Assembly: GCA_963716745.1 (NCBI GenBank)
Contig: OY970320.1
Coordinates: forward strand, 1,216,001 to 1,280,000
Origin: an uncultured Gemmatimonadaceae bacterium
Lineage (GTDB): Bacteria > Gemmatimonadota > Gemmatimonadetes > Gemmatimonadales > Gemmatimonadaceae
Direction: 5' to 3'
DNA length: 64,000 bases
Below the pieces are notes generated by a model that made no database searches, was not told the origin of the DNA, and worked only from the letters and a program-made list of their open reading frames with translations. Both the position numbers and the translations under genes were made by a program. This document shows, in pieces, positions 21,569 through 30,414 of this stretch; position 1 is the stretch's first letter; every line of letters starts with the position of its first letter.

Positions 21569-22525
21569 ATGCGCGAGCCACGTCGATTGGTTGTATCACT
21601 CATCCCCGCCGTAGCGGCGATCGTCGCGGCTAGCTGCGGCACGAGCTCGACAGAATCAAGAACGAGCGACCAGCTCGGAACCTGGACCACGGTCACGTCG
21701 GTGCCGAACATGAACGTGGTGCTGGGCGCGGCCGAAGACAACGGCATTCTCTACGTGCTAGGGTCCGCCGGCGACACATCGGTCGTCCCCGTGCTGGAGG
21801 CGTACGACCCGGCTAGCGGCAGCTGGACCGCGAAGGCTCCAATGCCCACCCAGCAATGGGGGTTCGCGGTCGCATCGGTCAACGGGATCCTCTTCGCGTT
21901 CGGCGGCATCATTCCGGGGAACCCGGATCACTTCGCGAACACGGTCGAGGCCTATGACCCCGCGACCAATAGCTGGACTACCAAGGCACCAGTACCAACG
22001 TACCGCACCGATCTCGGCGCCGCCGCGATCGGCGGGATCATCTATGTCGTTGGAGGCAATAACAACGCGGATGTAGCGGCGTACGATCCGGCAACGGACA
22101 GCTGGACGACGAAGGCGTCGATACCGACCATACCCGTTCTGCCAAGGGTCGCGACCGCGAATGGTATGCTGTACTCGATCACCGGCATCGACCGGCCGAC
22201 GCCGCCTGATACCGCCAGTGTGTACACGGTGAAGATACAGGCATTTGATCCGGCCGGCGGCACATGGAGCACGAGGACGCCGTTGCCGACTGACGGCGGG
22301 GGAGTCACGGCCGGCGCCATCGGAAGCACTGTGTACCTGGTCGGCGGGAGGAACGCGACGACGACTGCCGCCTACGACCCAGCGACCGACAGTTGGAGCG
22401 CCCGCGCGCCGATGCATGTTGGACGGTCGTTCCCGCTGATCGCGACCGTGAACGGCGTTCTCTACGCGATCAGCGGCCACAATAATTCCGGCAACATCAT
22501 GTCGGTCGAGGCGTTCACGCCCTGA
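21569..22525 (+). CDS. Kelch-repeat (beta-propeller) lipoprotein
   Basis: GGAGG RBS; lipobox AASC; repeats of YvvGG...AYDPATxSW. Confidence 0.85.
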   Translation: MREPRRLVVSLIPAVAAIVAASCGTSSTESRTSDQLGTWTTVTSVPNMNVVLGAAEDNGILYVLGSAGDTSVVPVLEAYDPASGSWTAKAPMPTQQWGFAVASVNGILFAFGGIIPGNPDHFANTVEAYDPATNSWTTKAPVPTYRTDLGAAAIGGIIYVVGGNNNADVAAYDPATDSWTTKASIPTIPVLPRVATANGMLYSITGIDRPTPPDTASVYTVKIQAFDPAGGTWSTRTPLPTDGGGVTAGAIGSTVYLVGGRNATTTAAYDPATDSWSARAPMHVGRSFPLIATVNGVLYAISGHNNSGNIMSVEAFTP

Positions 22526-22547
22526 CCGCCACTCGCGACCCCCGCTC

Positions 22548-25325
22548 CTACGGCGCCGGCTTCGCCGGCGCCGCGGGCGCGGGCTTCGCGAAATCGCCCG
22601 CCTTCACGTTGGTGAGTTCGGCCGGCACGATGTACTTGCGCAGCGCGTCGTTCACCTGCTGCACGGTGAGTGACTTCACCTGGGCCTCGAGCTTGGCGTC
22701 GAACTCGAGCGTGCGGCCGACATCGCGGCGCGCCACGAGGATCGCGGCCAACTCACCGTCGTTCGATCGCGACTGCTGCGTCAGCTGCAGCCAGCGTGAC
22801 TTCGCCGTCGCCAGCTCCTCGGCCGTCACGCCGTCCTTGAGGATGCGCGCGAGCTCCTCCTGATAGTCCGCGATGAGATGCGCGGCGTTCTGCGGCGCGT
22901 AGATCGCGTTCACGGTCCACGAGCCCCCGTCATCCACCGCCGGGATGCTGAACCGCGAACCGACTCCGTAGCTGAGCCCGTCGTGTTCGCGAATGCGCGT
23001 CCACAAGCGCGAACTCTCCGCGCCGCCCAGGATCGTGTTGCCGATCAGGACCGCGGCGTAGTCGGGCGACGCGTCGTTGAGCTTCACGTTGAGGCCGGAG
23101 TAGAACAGTGCGTTGGCCTTGTCCGGCGTCTCGATCGAGAGCGAAGACGAATCGACCTTCTGATATGGATTGGGAATGCGTACCCACGCCGTGGGAGCCT
23201 TCCAATTGCCGAGGTCACTCGCCGCCCATTTGCGCACGGCGGCGGTGTCGATGTCGCCGATCAGCACGAGGTCGGCCGCGGCGGCGCCGTAGAAATCGGC
23301 GTGGAACGCTTTCGTCTGCGCGAGCGTTACACCCTTCGTCATCGCGATCTCTTCCTCGACCGTGGGCGTGTACAGCGGATTCCCCACGGGCTTCGGGCGC
23401 AGCCTCCGGCTGAACGCCGTGCCTGCGAGCGCCTCCGGGTCCGAGACGTTCTGCTCGAGATCGGCGAGTTGCTCCTGGCGCAGCTGCTCGAACTCCACGC
23501 TGTCGAAGCGCGGCTTGCGCGCCATCTCGCTCACGAGCGCGAGCACCGCGGGCACACTCGCCTGCACCGTCTGGATCGCGAAGGTGACGCTGCGTGCCGA
23601 CCCTCCGATGCCGACGCGCGCCTTGAGACGGTCGAGACTGTCCTTGAGCTGCTGGCGCGTGAGCGTGGCGGTGCCGCGATCGAGCATGTCGGCCGCCATC
23701 TCGCCCGCCTCGGCGCGGCCCGTGAGCGACTGCTCCGTGCCGAGCCGCAGCACGAGCCGGCCCACCACCTGGCCGCCGCGCGTCTTCTTCGAGAGCAGGC
23801 TCACGCGCATGCCGTTCGGCAGCGTCGCGAACTGCGTGCGCGCATCGATATTGGCGGGCGACGCGTCGAACGCCTCACCGGCCACGAAGTTCGAATCGCC
23901 GTGGTAGCCGCGCACCAGTGCCATGATGTCCACCGGCCCCGGGATCTCGGATCGATCGGGCTTCGCGGTGGGATAGAACAAGCCCACCGTCACGTTCGAC
24001 GGCTTGAGATACGCTGCCGCGACGCGCTGCACATCCGCCGGCGTGATCTTCTTGATGCGATCGCGGTTCACGAACAGCAGGCGCCAATCGCCGGCGGCCT
24101 GCCATTCACTGATCTGAAGACCCACCTGCGCGCTGTTATTCAGCAGGAGGTCGATCCCCTTCAAGAGCGAAGTTTTTGCGCGGTCCACTTCCTGGGCGGT
24201 GGGCGGATGAGTGACCACGCTGTCGATCGTGCGCAGCAGCGCGGTGCGCGCGGAGTCGAGCGAACTCTCCTGTCGCACCTGAGCGTACGCGATGAGCGTG
24301 CCGGGCTCCTTGCGTCCAAAGTCGAAGGCGCCGGCGCTGGCCGCGAGCTTCGTTACGACGAGCGACTGATAGAGGCGGCCCGACGGTTCGTCGCCGAGGA
24401 TGGAGGCGAGCACGTTGATCGCGGCGTAGTCGGGGTGCGAGAGCGCGGGGATGTGATAGACCGCGATCACCGCTTGCACGTCGCCCACGCGGCGCAGCGT
24501 GACCGACCGCTCGCCATCCTGCGTCGGTTCCACCGTGTACGTGGGGAAGAGGATGTTGCCGTGGGATTCCGAGCGCACCGGCTTGGGGATGCGGCCGAAG
24601 GTCTTCTCGATCTGGGCGAGCGCGGCGGCGGGATCGAACTTCCCGGCGACGAGCAACACCGCGTTGTCGGGCTGATAGTACTTGTGATAGAAGGCCTGCA
24701 GGCGCTCGATGGGCGCGTTCTCAATGTCGGAGCGCGCGCCGATCGTCGAGTGGCCGTAGTTGTGCCAGAGGTACGCCGTGGAGAGCGTGCGCTCGAGGAG
24801 GATCGAGAAGGGATCGTTCTCACCGGCCTCGAACTCATTGCGCACGACCGTCATCTCCGAGCTGCGGTCCTTCTCGGCGATGTAGCTGTTCGTCATACGG
24901 TCGGCTTCGAAGGCGAGCGCCCAATTGAGATTCTCCGTGGTGGCCGGGAGCGTCTCGAAGTAGTTCGTGCGATCGTCCCAGGTGCTGGCGTTGTTGCGCG
25001 CGCCGTGCCGGTCCGATTCGCCGTTGATGTCCTTATGCGTGGGCGTGCCCTTGAACTGGAGATGTTCGAGGAGGTGCGCCATGCCCGTCTCGCCGTAGCC
25101 TTCGAATCGCGAGCCCACCATGTACGTGATGTTCACCGTGACCGTCGCCTTCGACTGATCGGGGAAGAGCAGCACGCGAAGTCCGTTGGGAAGCTGGTAC
25201 TCCGTGATGCCTTCGACCGTGGTGACTTTGACGGCCTTCGCCGCGGGGGCGGCGGGCTTGGCGGCCTGCGCGGAGAGCACGGCGGTGACGAAAAGGAGCG
25301 AGCCAGCAAGGCGGAGAGCGCGCAT
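22548..25325 (-). CDS. M16 family (pitrilysin-like) zinc peptidase
   Basis: Signal peptide; GMAHLLEHL inverted zinc motif; NASTWDDRTNY; IREHDGLSY. Confidence 0.92.
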   Translation of the reverse strand: MRALRLAGSLLFVTAVLSAQAAKPAAPAAKAVKVTTVEGITEYQLPNGLRVLLFPDQSKATVTVNITYMVGSRFEGYGETGMAHLLEHLQFKGTPTHKDINGESDRHGARNNASTWDDRTNYFETLPATTENLNWALAFEADRMTNSYIAEKDRSSEMTVVRNEFEAGENDPFSILLERTLSTAYLWHNYGHSTIGARSDIENAPIERLQAFYHKYYQPDNAVLLVAGKFDPAAALAQIEKTFGRIPKPVRSESHGNILFPTYTVEPTQDGERSVTLRRVGDVQAVIAVYHIPALSHPDYAAINVLASILGDEPSGRLYQSLVVTKLAASAGAFDFGRKEPGTLIAYAQVRQESSLDSARTALLRTIDSVVTHPPTAQEVDRAKTSLLKGIDLLLNNSAQVGLQISEWQAAGDWRLLFVNRDRIKKITPADVQRVAAAYLKPSNVTVGLFYPTAKPDRSEIPGPVDIMALVRGYHGDSNFVAGEAFDASPANIDARTQFATLPNGMRVSLLSKKTRGGQVVGRLVLRLGTEQSLTGRAEAGEMAADMLDRGTATLTRQQLKDSLDRLKARVGIGGSARSVTFAIQTVQASVPAVLALVSEMARKPRFDSVEFEQLRQEQLADLEQNVSDPEALAGTAFSRRLRPKPVGNPLYTPTVEEEIAMTKGVTLAQTKAFHADFYGAAAADLVLIGDIDTAAVRKWAASDLGNWKAPTAWVRIPNPYQKVDSSSLSIETPDKANALFYSGLNVKLNDASPDYAAVLIGNTILGGAESSRLWTRIREHDGLSYGVGSRFSIPAVDDGGSWTVNAIYAPQNAAHLIADYQEELARILKDGVTAEELATAKSRWLQLTQQSRSNDGELAAILVARRDVGRTLEFDAKLEAQVKSLTVQQVNDALRKYIVPAELTNVKAGDFAKPAPAAPAKPAP

Positions 25326-25474
25326 TGGGTCCGTGAGGATGAGGAGTGGAGACGGGAGGGACAATGAATTTGTCCCGCGGCGCCGCGGAATGCCACAGGT
25401 GCGCGCAACGCTGTCGGGCATGCCGCCGTACCCAGGAGAGAGGGCCCTACAGAGCTTGTCGCAAGGAGGTCGCG

Positions 25475-26050
25475 ATGATCCGCACGCGCTTGCCCAACGT
25501 CTTGAATTCGTTGCTCCTGTCGGCCCTCGCCGCGACCGCCCCGGTCGCCCGTGCTCAGGCGGCTGGCCCGGCGACGCTCGAACAGCTCGGAGGACTGATC
25601 GACAGCGCCGCCGCAGCGCTCGGTTCGGCGCGCGAGATCGAGCGTTCGCTGCGCCTCGAGGCTGACCACCAGCAGATGTTCGTGACCTCGATGCAGGCAC
25701 ATTCGATCGATCCGATCGGCTGCAGCAGCAATCCCGCCGACGACGGAGGCAGCCCATGCAACGGGGTCGAGCCATACATTCCGAGCACGCTCAGCAATGC
25801 TGACTCAGCGGCGTACGTTCAGAACCTGACCGCGCAGCTCGAGCAGCTGGATCGGCGCATCAACGAGATCCTGCACGCGATCAGAGGAGCGGACTACACT
25901 GGCGCGCCGGAGGCGTGGTCGAAGGGAATGAGAGCATGCGCGTCGATTCAACGGGACGCTGCAGTCAACTGCCTCAGGGGAGCGTGGCGGAAGCGTCCGG
26001 CGCAGGTCGACGCGGTGCCTCGGGACTCGGCTCCAGACCGGTCACACTGA
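25475..26050 (+). CDS. Secreted hypothetical protein
   Basis: AAGGAGG RBS; signal peptide; four Cys; 3' end overlaps rnhB convergently. Confidence 0.55.
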   Translation: MIRTRLPNVLNSLLLSALAATAPVARAQAAGPATLEQLGGLIDSAAAALGSAREIERSLRLEADHQQMFVTSMQAHSIDPIGCSSNPADDGGSPCNGVEPYIPSTLSNADSAAYVQNLTAQLEQLDRRINEILHAIRGADYTGAPEAWSKGMRACASIQRDAAVNCLRGAWRKRPAQVDAVPRDSAPDRSH

Positions 26051-26640
26051 ACGACCGACGGTGGTGCGCCGTGAATCCCGCGTCGCGCAACGCGCTCACA
26101 TGCTCAGGCGTGCCATAACCGGCGTTGCGCTCCCAAGCGTACGCGGGATGACGCAGTGACAGCGCCGTGAGCAGGCGGTCGCGCGTGACCTTGGCGATGA
26201 TCGACGCGCACGCGATGTGGAAGCAGCGCGCGTCGCCTTTCACGACTGCGGTATGCTCCACGTCGAGCGCGCGCATCGGAAGGCCATCGAGGAGGATGTG
26301 ATCGGGGCGCATCACGAGGCGCTGGATCGCGCGCCGCATGGCGAGCGCGGTGGCCTGGTAGATGTTGATGCGGTCGATCTCGCGCGCGGAGGCGGCGCCG
26401 AGTGCGATGCAGAGCGCGCGGGCGCGAATGATGCGCGCGAGCCGGCGGCGTTCGCTCGCCGTGAGCATCTTCGAGTCATCGACGCCCGCGATCGCGCGCT
26501 CGCCGGGGCGCATGATGATCGCGCATGCGACGACGGGGCCCGCAAGGGAGCCCCGTCCGACTTCATCGATCCCGGCTATCAATTGGCCGCCCGAGCGGCG
26601 GAGGTCCGATTCGATCTCCGACCAGCGCCGGGGCGACGTG
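25974..26640 (-). CDS. rnhB: Ribonuclease HII (start uncertain)
   Basis: IAGIDEVGRG, DDSKML, KGD, ASIIAKVTRD, GYGT and HRRSF. Confidence 0.93.
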
Positions 26641-26644
26641 TGAC

Positions 26645-27028
26645 TTACTCCGCCGGTTCCTTGGTGCCGACTTCGGCGATCAGGCGCGCCTTCTTCTCGC
26701 GGATGCGGCCCGACTTGCCGGTCGCTTCGCGGAGGAAGAAGAGCTTGGCGCGGCGCACGCGGCCGCGGCGCATCACGGACAGGCTGCCGATCATCGGGCT
26801 GTGCACCGGGAAGATGCGCTCGACGCCCACACCGTTCGACACCTTCCGCACGGTGAACGTCTCGCTCACACCGGCGCCGCGGCGCGCGATGCACACGCCT
26901 TCGAACGCCTGGAGGCGCTCCTTGTCCCCTTCCTTCACGCGGACGTTCACGCGGAGCGTGTCGCCGGCACGGAAGGGCGGGATGTCGGTGCGCATGTACT
27001 CTTTCTGGGTCTCGGAAAATACGTGCAT
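26645..27028 (-). CDS. rplS: 50S ribosomal protein L19
   Basis: [26 protein letters not shown] and GRVRRAKL. Confidence 0.97.
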   Translation of the reverse strand: MHVFSETQKEYMRTDIPPFRAGDTLRVNVRVKEGDKERLQAFEGVCIARRGAGVSETFTVRKVSNGVGVERIFPVHSPMIGSLSVMRRGRVRRAKLFFLREATGKSGRIREKKARLIAEVGTKEPAE

Positions 27029-27157
27029 ATCAGGCTCCAGGCGGCATTCGCGCCAGGGTCAGAGTCGGACTTGGGTAGTCGGTAAAGCTAATGGGGCTGC
27101 GGGGTTTATGCCAGTCAAGCGAGTGGGACTCATCGGTCGTCGCGAACCATGAGGCAA

Positions 27158-27387
27158 GGCTGGCTTCAAGGTCGAAGGTTCGACCGGATCAACCGGATGA
27201 TCCGGATCGATCGGATACCTCCGTGTGCTTGATGAGCAGATCGCGAGGCGCCGGGTTTCCGTACTTGTTGTTAACTACAAGAACAACGGCCGGAAGGCAC
27301 GCAATGCGATCGACCCGGGCATGGAGGTATCCGGATAATCCGGATCATCCGGTTGATCCGGTCGAAACTTGGACCTTGATGCTAGCC
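27158..27387. repeat. ~230-bp imperfect inverted-repeat element between trmD and rplS
   Basis: Arms TCAAGGTCGAAGGTTCGACCGGATCAACCGGATGATCCGGAT / ATCCGGATCATCCGGTTGATCCGGTCGAAACTTGGACCTTGA. Confidence 0.8.
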
Positions 27388-27395
27388 GAGTCCCG

Positions 27396-28064
27396 TTAGT
27401 CCTGACGGTGCTTGGTGCGAATTCGCCCTTGCTCTGCCCTCCATGCCGCGATCTTGGCGTGGTCTCCAGACAACAGCACGTCGGGCACTTTGAAGCCGCG
27501 GAAATCCGCCGGCCTCGTGTAGCTCGGCGCGCTGATGCCGTCGGTGCCGTGTTCGCCGAATGAATCTGTGCGGGCGCTCTCGGCGTCGGACATCGCGCCG
27601 GGCATGAGGCGCGCGACGGCGTCCACGATCGCGAGCGCGGCGGGCTCGCCGCCGCTCAAGATGAAATCGCCGAGTGAGATCTCCTCGGTGGCGAGGTGGT
27701 CGGCGACGCGCTGGTCGACGTCCTTGTAGTGGCCGCAGAGGACCGTGAGTTCTTCGCCCGCTGCGTAGCGCACCGCGTGTTGCTGCGTGAACTGCCGCCC
27801 GCGCGCGGAAACGAGCACGATCGGCGCGCGCGCGCCGATCGACTCCACCGCTTCGAAGAATGGATCGGGTTTCATGACCATGCCGGCGCCGCCGCCGAAG
27901 GGAGCGTCGTCCACGGTGCGGTGCTTGTCGTGCGTGAAGTCGCGCAGGTCGATCACGCGATACTCCACGCCGCCGGCCGCGGCGGCGCGCGATGGGATGG
28001 AGATGCCGAGCGGCCCCGCGAAGAACTCGGGGAAGATGGTGATGATGTTCACGCGAAGCGTCAT
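27396..28064 (-). CDS. trmD: tRNA (guanine-N1)-methyltransferase
   Basis: VDDAPFGGGAGMVMK, SLGDFILSGGE and YTRP. Confidence 0.97.
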   Translation of the reverse strand: MTLRVNIITIFPEFFAGPLGISIPSRAAAAGGVEYRVIDLRDFTHDKHRTVDDAPFGGGAGMVMKPDPFFEAVESIGARAPIVLVSARGRQFTQQHAVRYAAGEELTVLCGHYKDVDQRVADHLATEEISLGDFILSGGEPAALAIVDAVARLMPGAMSDAESARTDSFGEHGTDGISAPSYTRPADFRGFKVPDVLLSGDHAKIAAWRAEQGRIRTKHRQD

Positions 28065-28597
28065 TCGAACAATCCGTCCGGCGGTGCGGCGGTGATCGTG
28101 CGCGCCGCGCGGTCCACGTGGCGCACGAACAGATACGGAAGCAACACCGTGCCCGACTTCCAGTGCACGTCCAATGCGAGTCCCGCGGGCAGTTCGTAGA
28201 TGTCCTTCACCGCGCCGAGCTCGGCGCCGCTCTCGAGCATCACGCGCATGCCGGGCAGTTCGTGGAGGTACACGTCATCCTCCTCGGGCGGCGGCAGCTC
28301 GCCGCGGGGCGCGAGCAAGTAGTGCAAACGCCAGCGCGCCGTCTCGTCGCGGCCGGGCACCTCGTGGAATCCCAGCAGCCACGAACCATCGAAGCGCTCG
28401 GTGGCCCGCGCGAGCGTGAGCGTCTCGTCCTTGGGGCTGGGATCGCCCTTGTCGGTACCCATGACGAAACGACGGCCGGCCACGAAGACCGCGGCCGGCG
28501 CGTCGGTGATCACTTCCACGATCATGTCGCCTTTCACGCCGTGCGCGCGGCGCAGCCGCCCGACGATCACGAGATCGCGGGCGTCGCGCGCGCTCAT
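28061..28597 (-). CDS. rimM: 16S rRNA processing protein RimM
   Basis: VGRLRRAHGVKG; located between rpsP and trmD. Confidence 0.93.
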   Translation of the reverse strand: MSARDARDLVIVGRLRRAHGVKGDMIVEVITDAPAAVFVAGRRFVMGTDKGDPSPKDETLTLARATERFDGSWLLGFHEVPGRDETARWRLHYLLAPRGELPPPEEDDVYLHELPGMRVMLESGAELGAVKDIYELPAGLALDVHWKSGTVLLPYLFVRHVDRAARTITAAPPDGLFE

Positions 28598-28598
28598 G

Positions 28599-28907
28599 CT
28601 ACTTCGTTTCCTTCACCGGCGTCGCGCCCGCGACCTTCTTGGCCGCGACGCGCGCCGTGTGGCGCGTCTTCAGCACGCCCGCGCGGCGGAGCAGCGAGCG
28701 CACGGTGTCGCTCGGCTGCGCGCCCACATCGAGCCAGTAGTTGGCGCGGTCGATCTCGATGTTCAGGCCGCCTTCGGCGAGGCGGGGATTGTACTGGCCG
28801 ATCGTCTCGATGAACCGGCCGTCACGCGGGCTGCGCTGATCGGCGACGACGATGCGGTAGATCGGCGTCTTCTTACGGCCGACGCGGCGGAGTCTGATGC
28901 GAACCAT
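28599..28907 (-). CDS. rpsP: 30S ribosomal protein S16
   Basis: [18 protein letters not shown] and GAQPSDTV. Confidence 0.98.
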   Translation of the reverse strand: MVRIRLRRVGRKKTPIYRIVVADQRSPRDGRFIETIGQYNPRLAEGGLNIEIDRANYWLDVGAQPSDTVRSLLRRAGVLKTRHTARVAAKKVAGATPVKETK

Positions 28908-29028
28908 TGAAAATCCTCACTGTCCGAAGGTCTGATCCTGCGCTGGGCTCATCGCGATCGCCGGCGATTCCGGCGTCGCACCCAGTCCTTATCCCATCAC
29001 GCACGACTCATAACTCACGCCGTTGGAT

Positions 29029-30357
29029 TTACCGACGGCCCATGAGTCCGGGCATGTTCATTCTTCCCCCCGTCCCCATCTTTTTCATCATCTTCTGCAT
29101 CTCGCGGAACTGGTCGAGCAATTTATTCACCTCGCTCGTCGGCCGTCCGCTGCCTCTCGAGATCCGCAGGCGGCGCGAACCATCGATGAGCTTCGGATCC
29201 TTCCGCTCCGCCGGCGTCATCGAGAGCACGATCGCCTCGATGTGGCGCATGCGGTTGGGATCCATGTTCGCCTGCTTCAGCATCTTGGGGTTCACGCCGG
29301 GCAGCATCTTGAGAATGCCTTCCATCGGCCCCATCCGCTGGATCTGCTTGAGCGACGCGAGGAAATCCTGCAGGTCCATCCCCTCGCGGCGCACTTTCTT
29401 CTCGAGCTTCTTCGTCTCTTCGGCGTCGAACGCTTCCTGCGCCTTCTCGACGAGCGTTACCACGTCGCCCATCTGCAGGATCCGCCCCGCCATGCGCTCG
29501 GGATGGAACTCTTCGAGCGCCTCGAGCCCTTCGCCCACGCCGATGTACTTGATCGGCTTCTTCGTGATCCCGTAGATCGACAGCGCCGCGCCACCGCGCG
29601 CATCGCCGTCCATCTTCGTGAGGATCACGCCCGTCACGCCCAGCGCATCGTTGAAGCCCTGCGCGATCTTCACCGCGTCCTGCCCCGTCATGCCGTCGGC
29701 CACGAGGAGGATCTCGTCGGGGTGGACGGCCTGCTTCAGGCGCTTCAATTCATCCATCAGCGCTTCGTCGATCTGCAAGCGGCCGGCGGTGTCGATGATG
29801 ACCACCCGGTCGCGCGCCTTCTTCGCCGCTTCCACGCCGTGCCGCGCGATCGCGATCACGTCCTTCGAATCGCGGTCCGCGTACACCGGCACATCGATCT
29901 TCTTGCCGAGCGTCTCGAGCTGGTCGATCGCCGCGGGCCGATGCACGTCCGCCGCGACGAGCCGCACCGCCCGCCCTTCCTTCAGCAGCACTCTCGCGAG
30001 CTTGGCAGCGGTGGTCGTCTTGCCCGAGCCCTGCAGTCCCACGACGAGGATCACGCCCGGCGGGATCGTGCCGAGCTTGAGCGCCTCGCGGCGCTCGCCG
30101 AGCATCGTGGCCAGCTCGTCGTGCACGATCTTCACGAGATGCTGCCCCGGCGCCACCGTTTTCAGGGTAGCAATGCCGGTCGCGCGGCGTTCCACGCGCT
30201 CGAGGAATTCCCGTGTCAGCGCGAAGCTGACATCGGCCTCCAGCAACACGCGGCGGACCTCGCGCAGCCCTTCGCGGACGTCCGCATCGGAGAGCACGCC
30301 CCGCCCGCGAAGGCGGGAAAGGACCCCGTCGAGTTTCTCGGAAAGCTCACCGAACAT
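29029..30357 (-). CDS. ffh: Signal recognition particle protein Ffh
   Basis: GLQGSGKTT, DTAGR, TKMDGDARGG and Met-rich M domain. Confidence 0.98.
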   Translation of the reverse strand: MFGELSEKLDGVLSRLRGRGVLSDADVREGLREVRRVLLEADVSFALTREFLERVERRATGIATLKTVAPGQHLVKIVHDELATMLGERREALKLGTIPPGVILVVGLQGSGKTTTAAKLARVLLKEGRAVRLVAADVHRPAAIDQLETLGKKIDVPVYADRDSKDVIAIARHGVEAAKKARDRVVIIDTAGRLQIDEALMDELKRLKQAVHPDEILLVADGMTGQDAVKIAQGFNDALGVTGVILTKMDGDARGGAALSIYGITKKPIKYIGVGEGLEALEEFHPERMAGRILQMGDVVTLVEKAQEAFDAEETKKLEKKVRREGMDLQDFLASLKQIQRMGPMEGILKMLPGVNPKMLKQANMDPNRMRHIEAIVLSMTPAERKDPKLIDGSRRLRISRGSGRPTSEVNKLLDQFREMQKMMKKMGTGGRMNMPGLMGRR

Positions 30358-30414
30358 AGCCTTTAAACGTAGACGCGATTATCATTTAGGGCAACTCTCC
30401 CCCTCGGGAGCTTC

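Noticed and set aside
28908..29028. Possible SRP RNA or riboswitch near ffh
   Set aside because: The conserved SRP domain IV motif was not found, and no recognisable riboswitch consensus is present.
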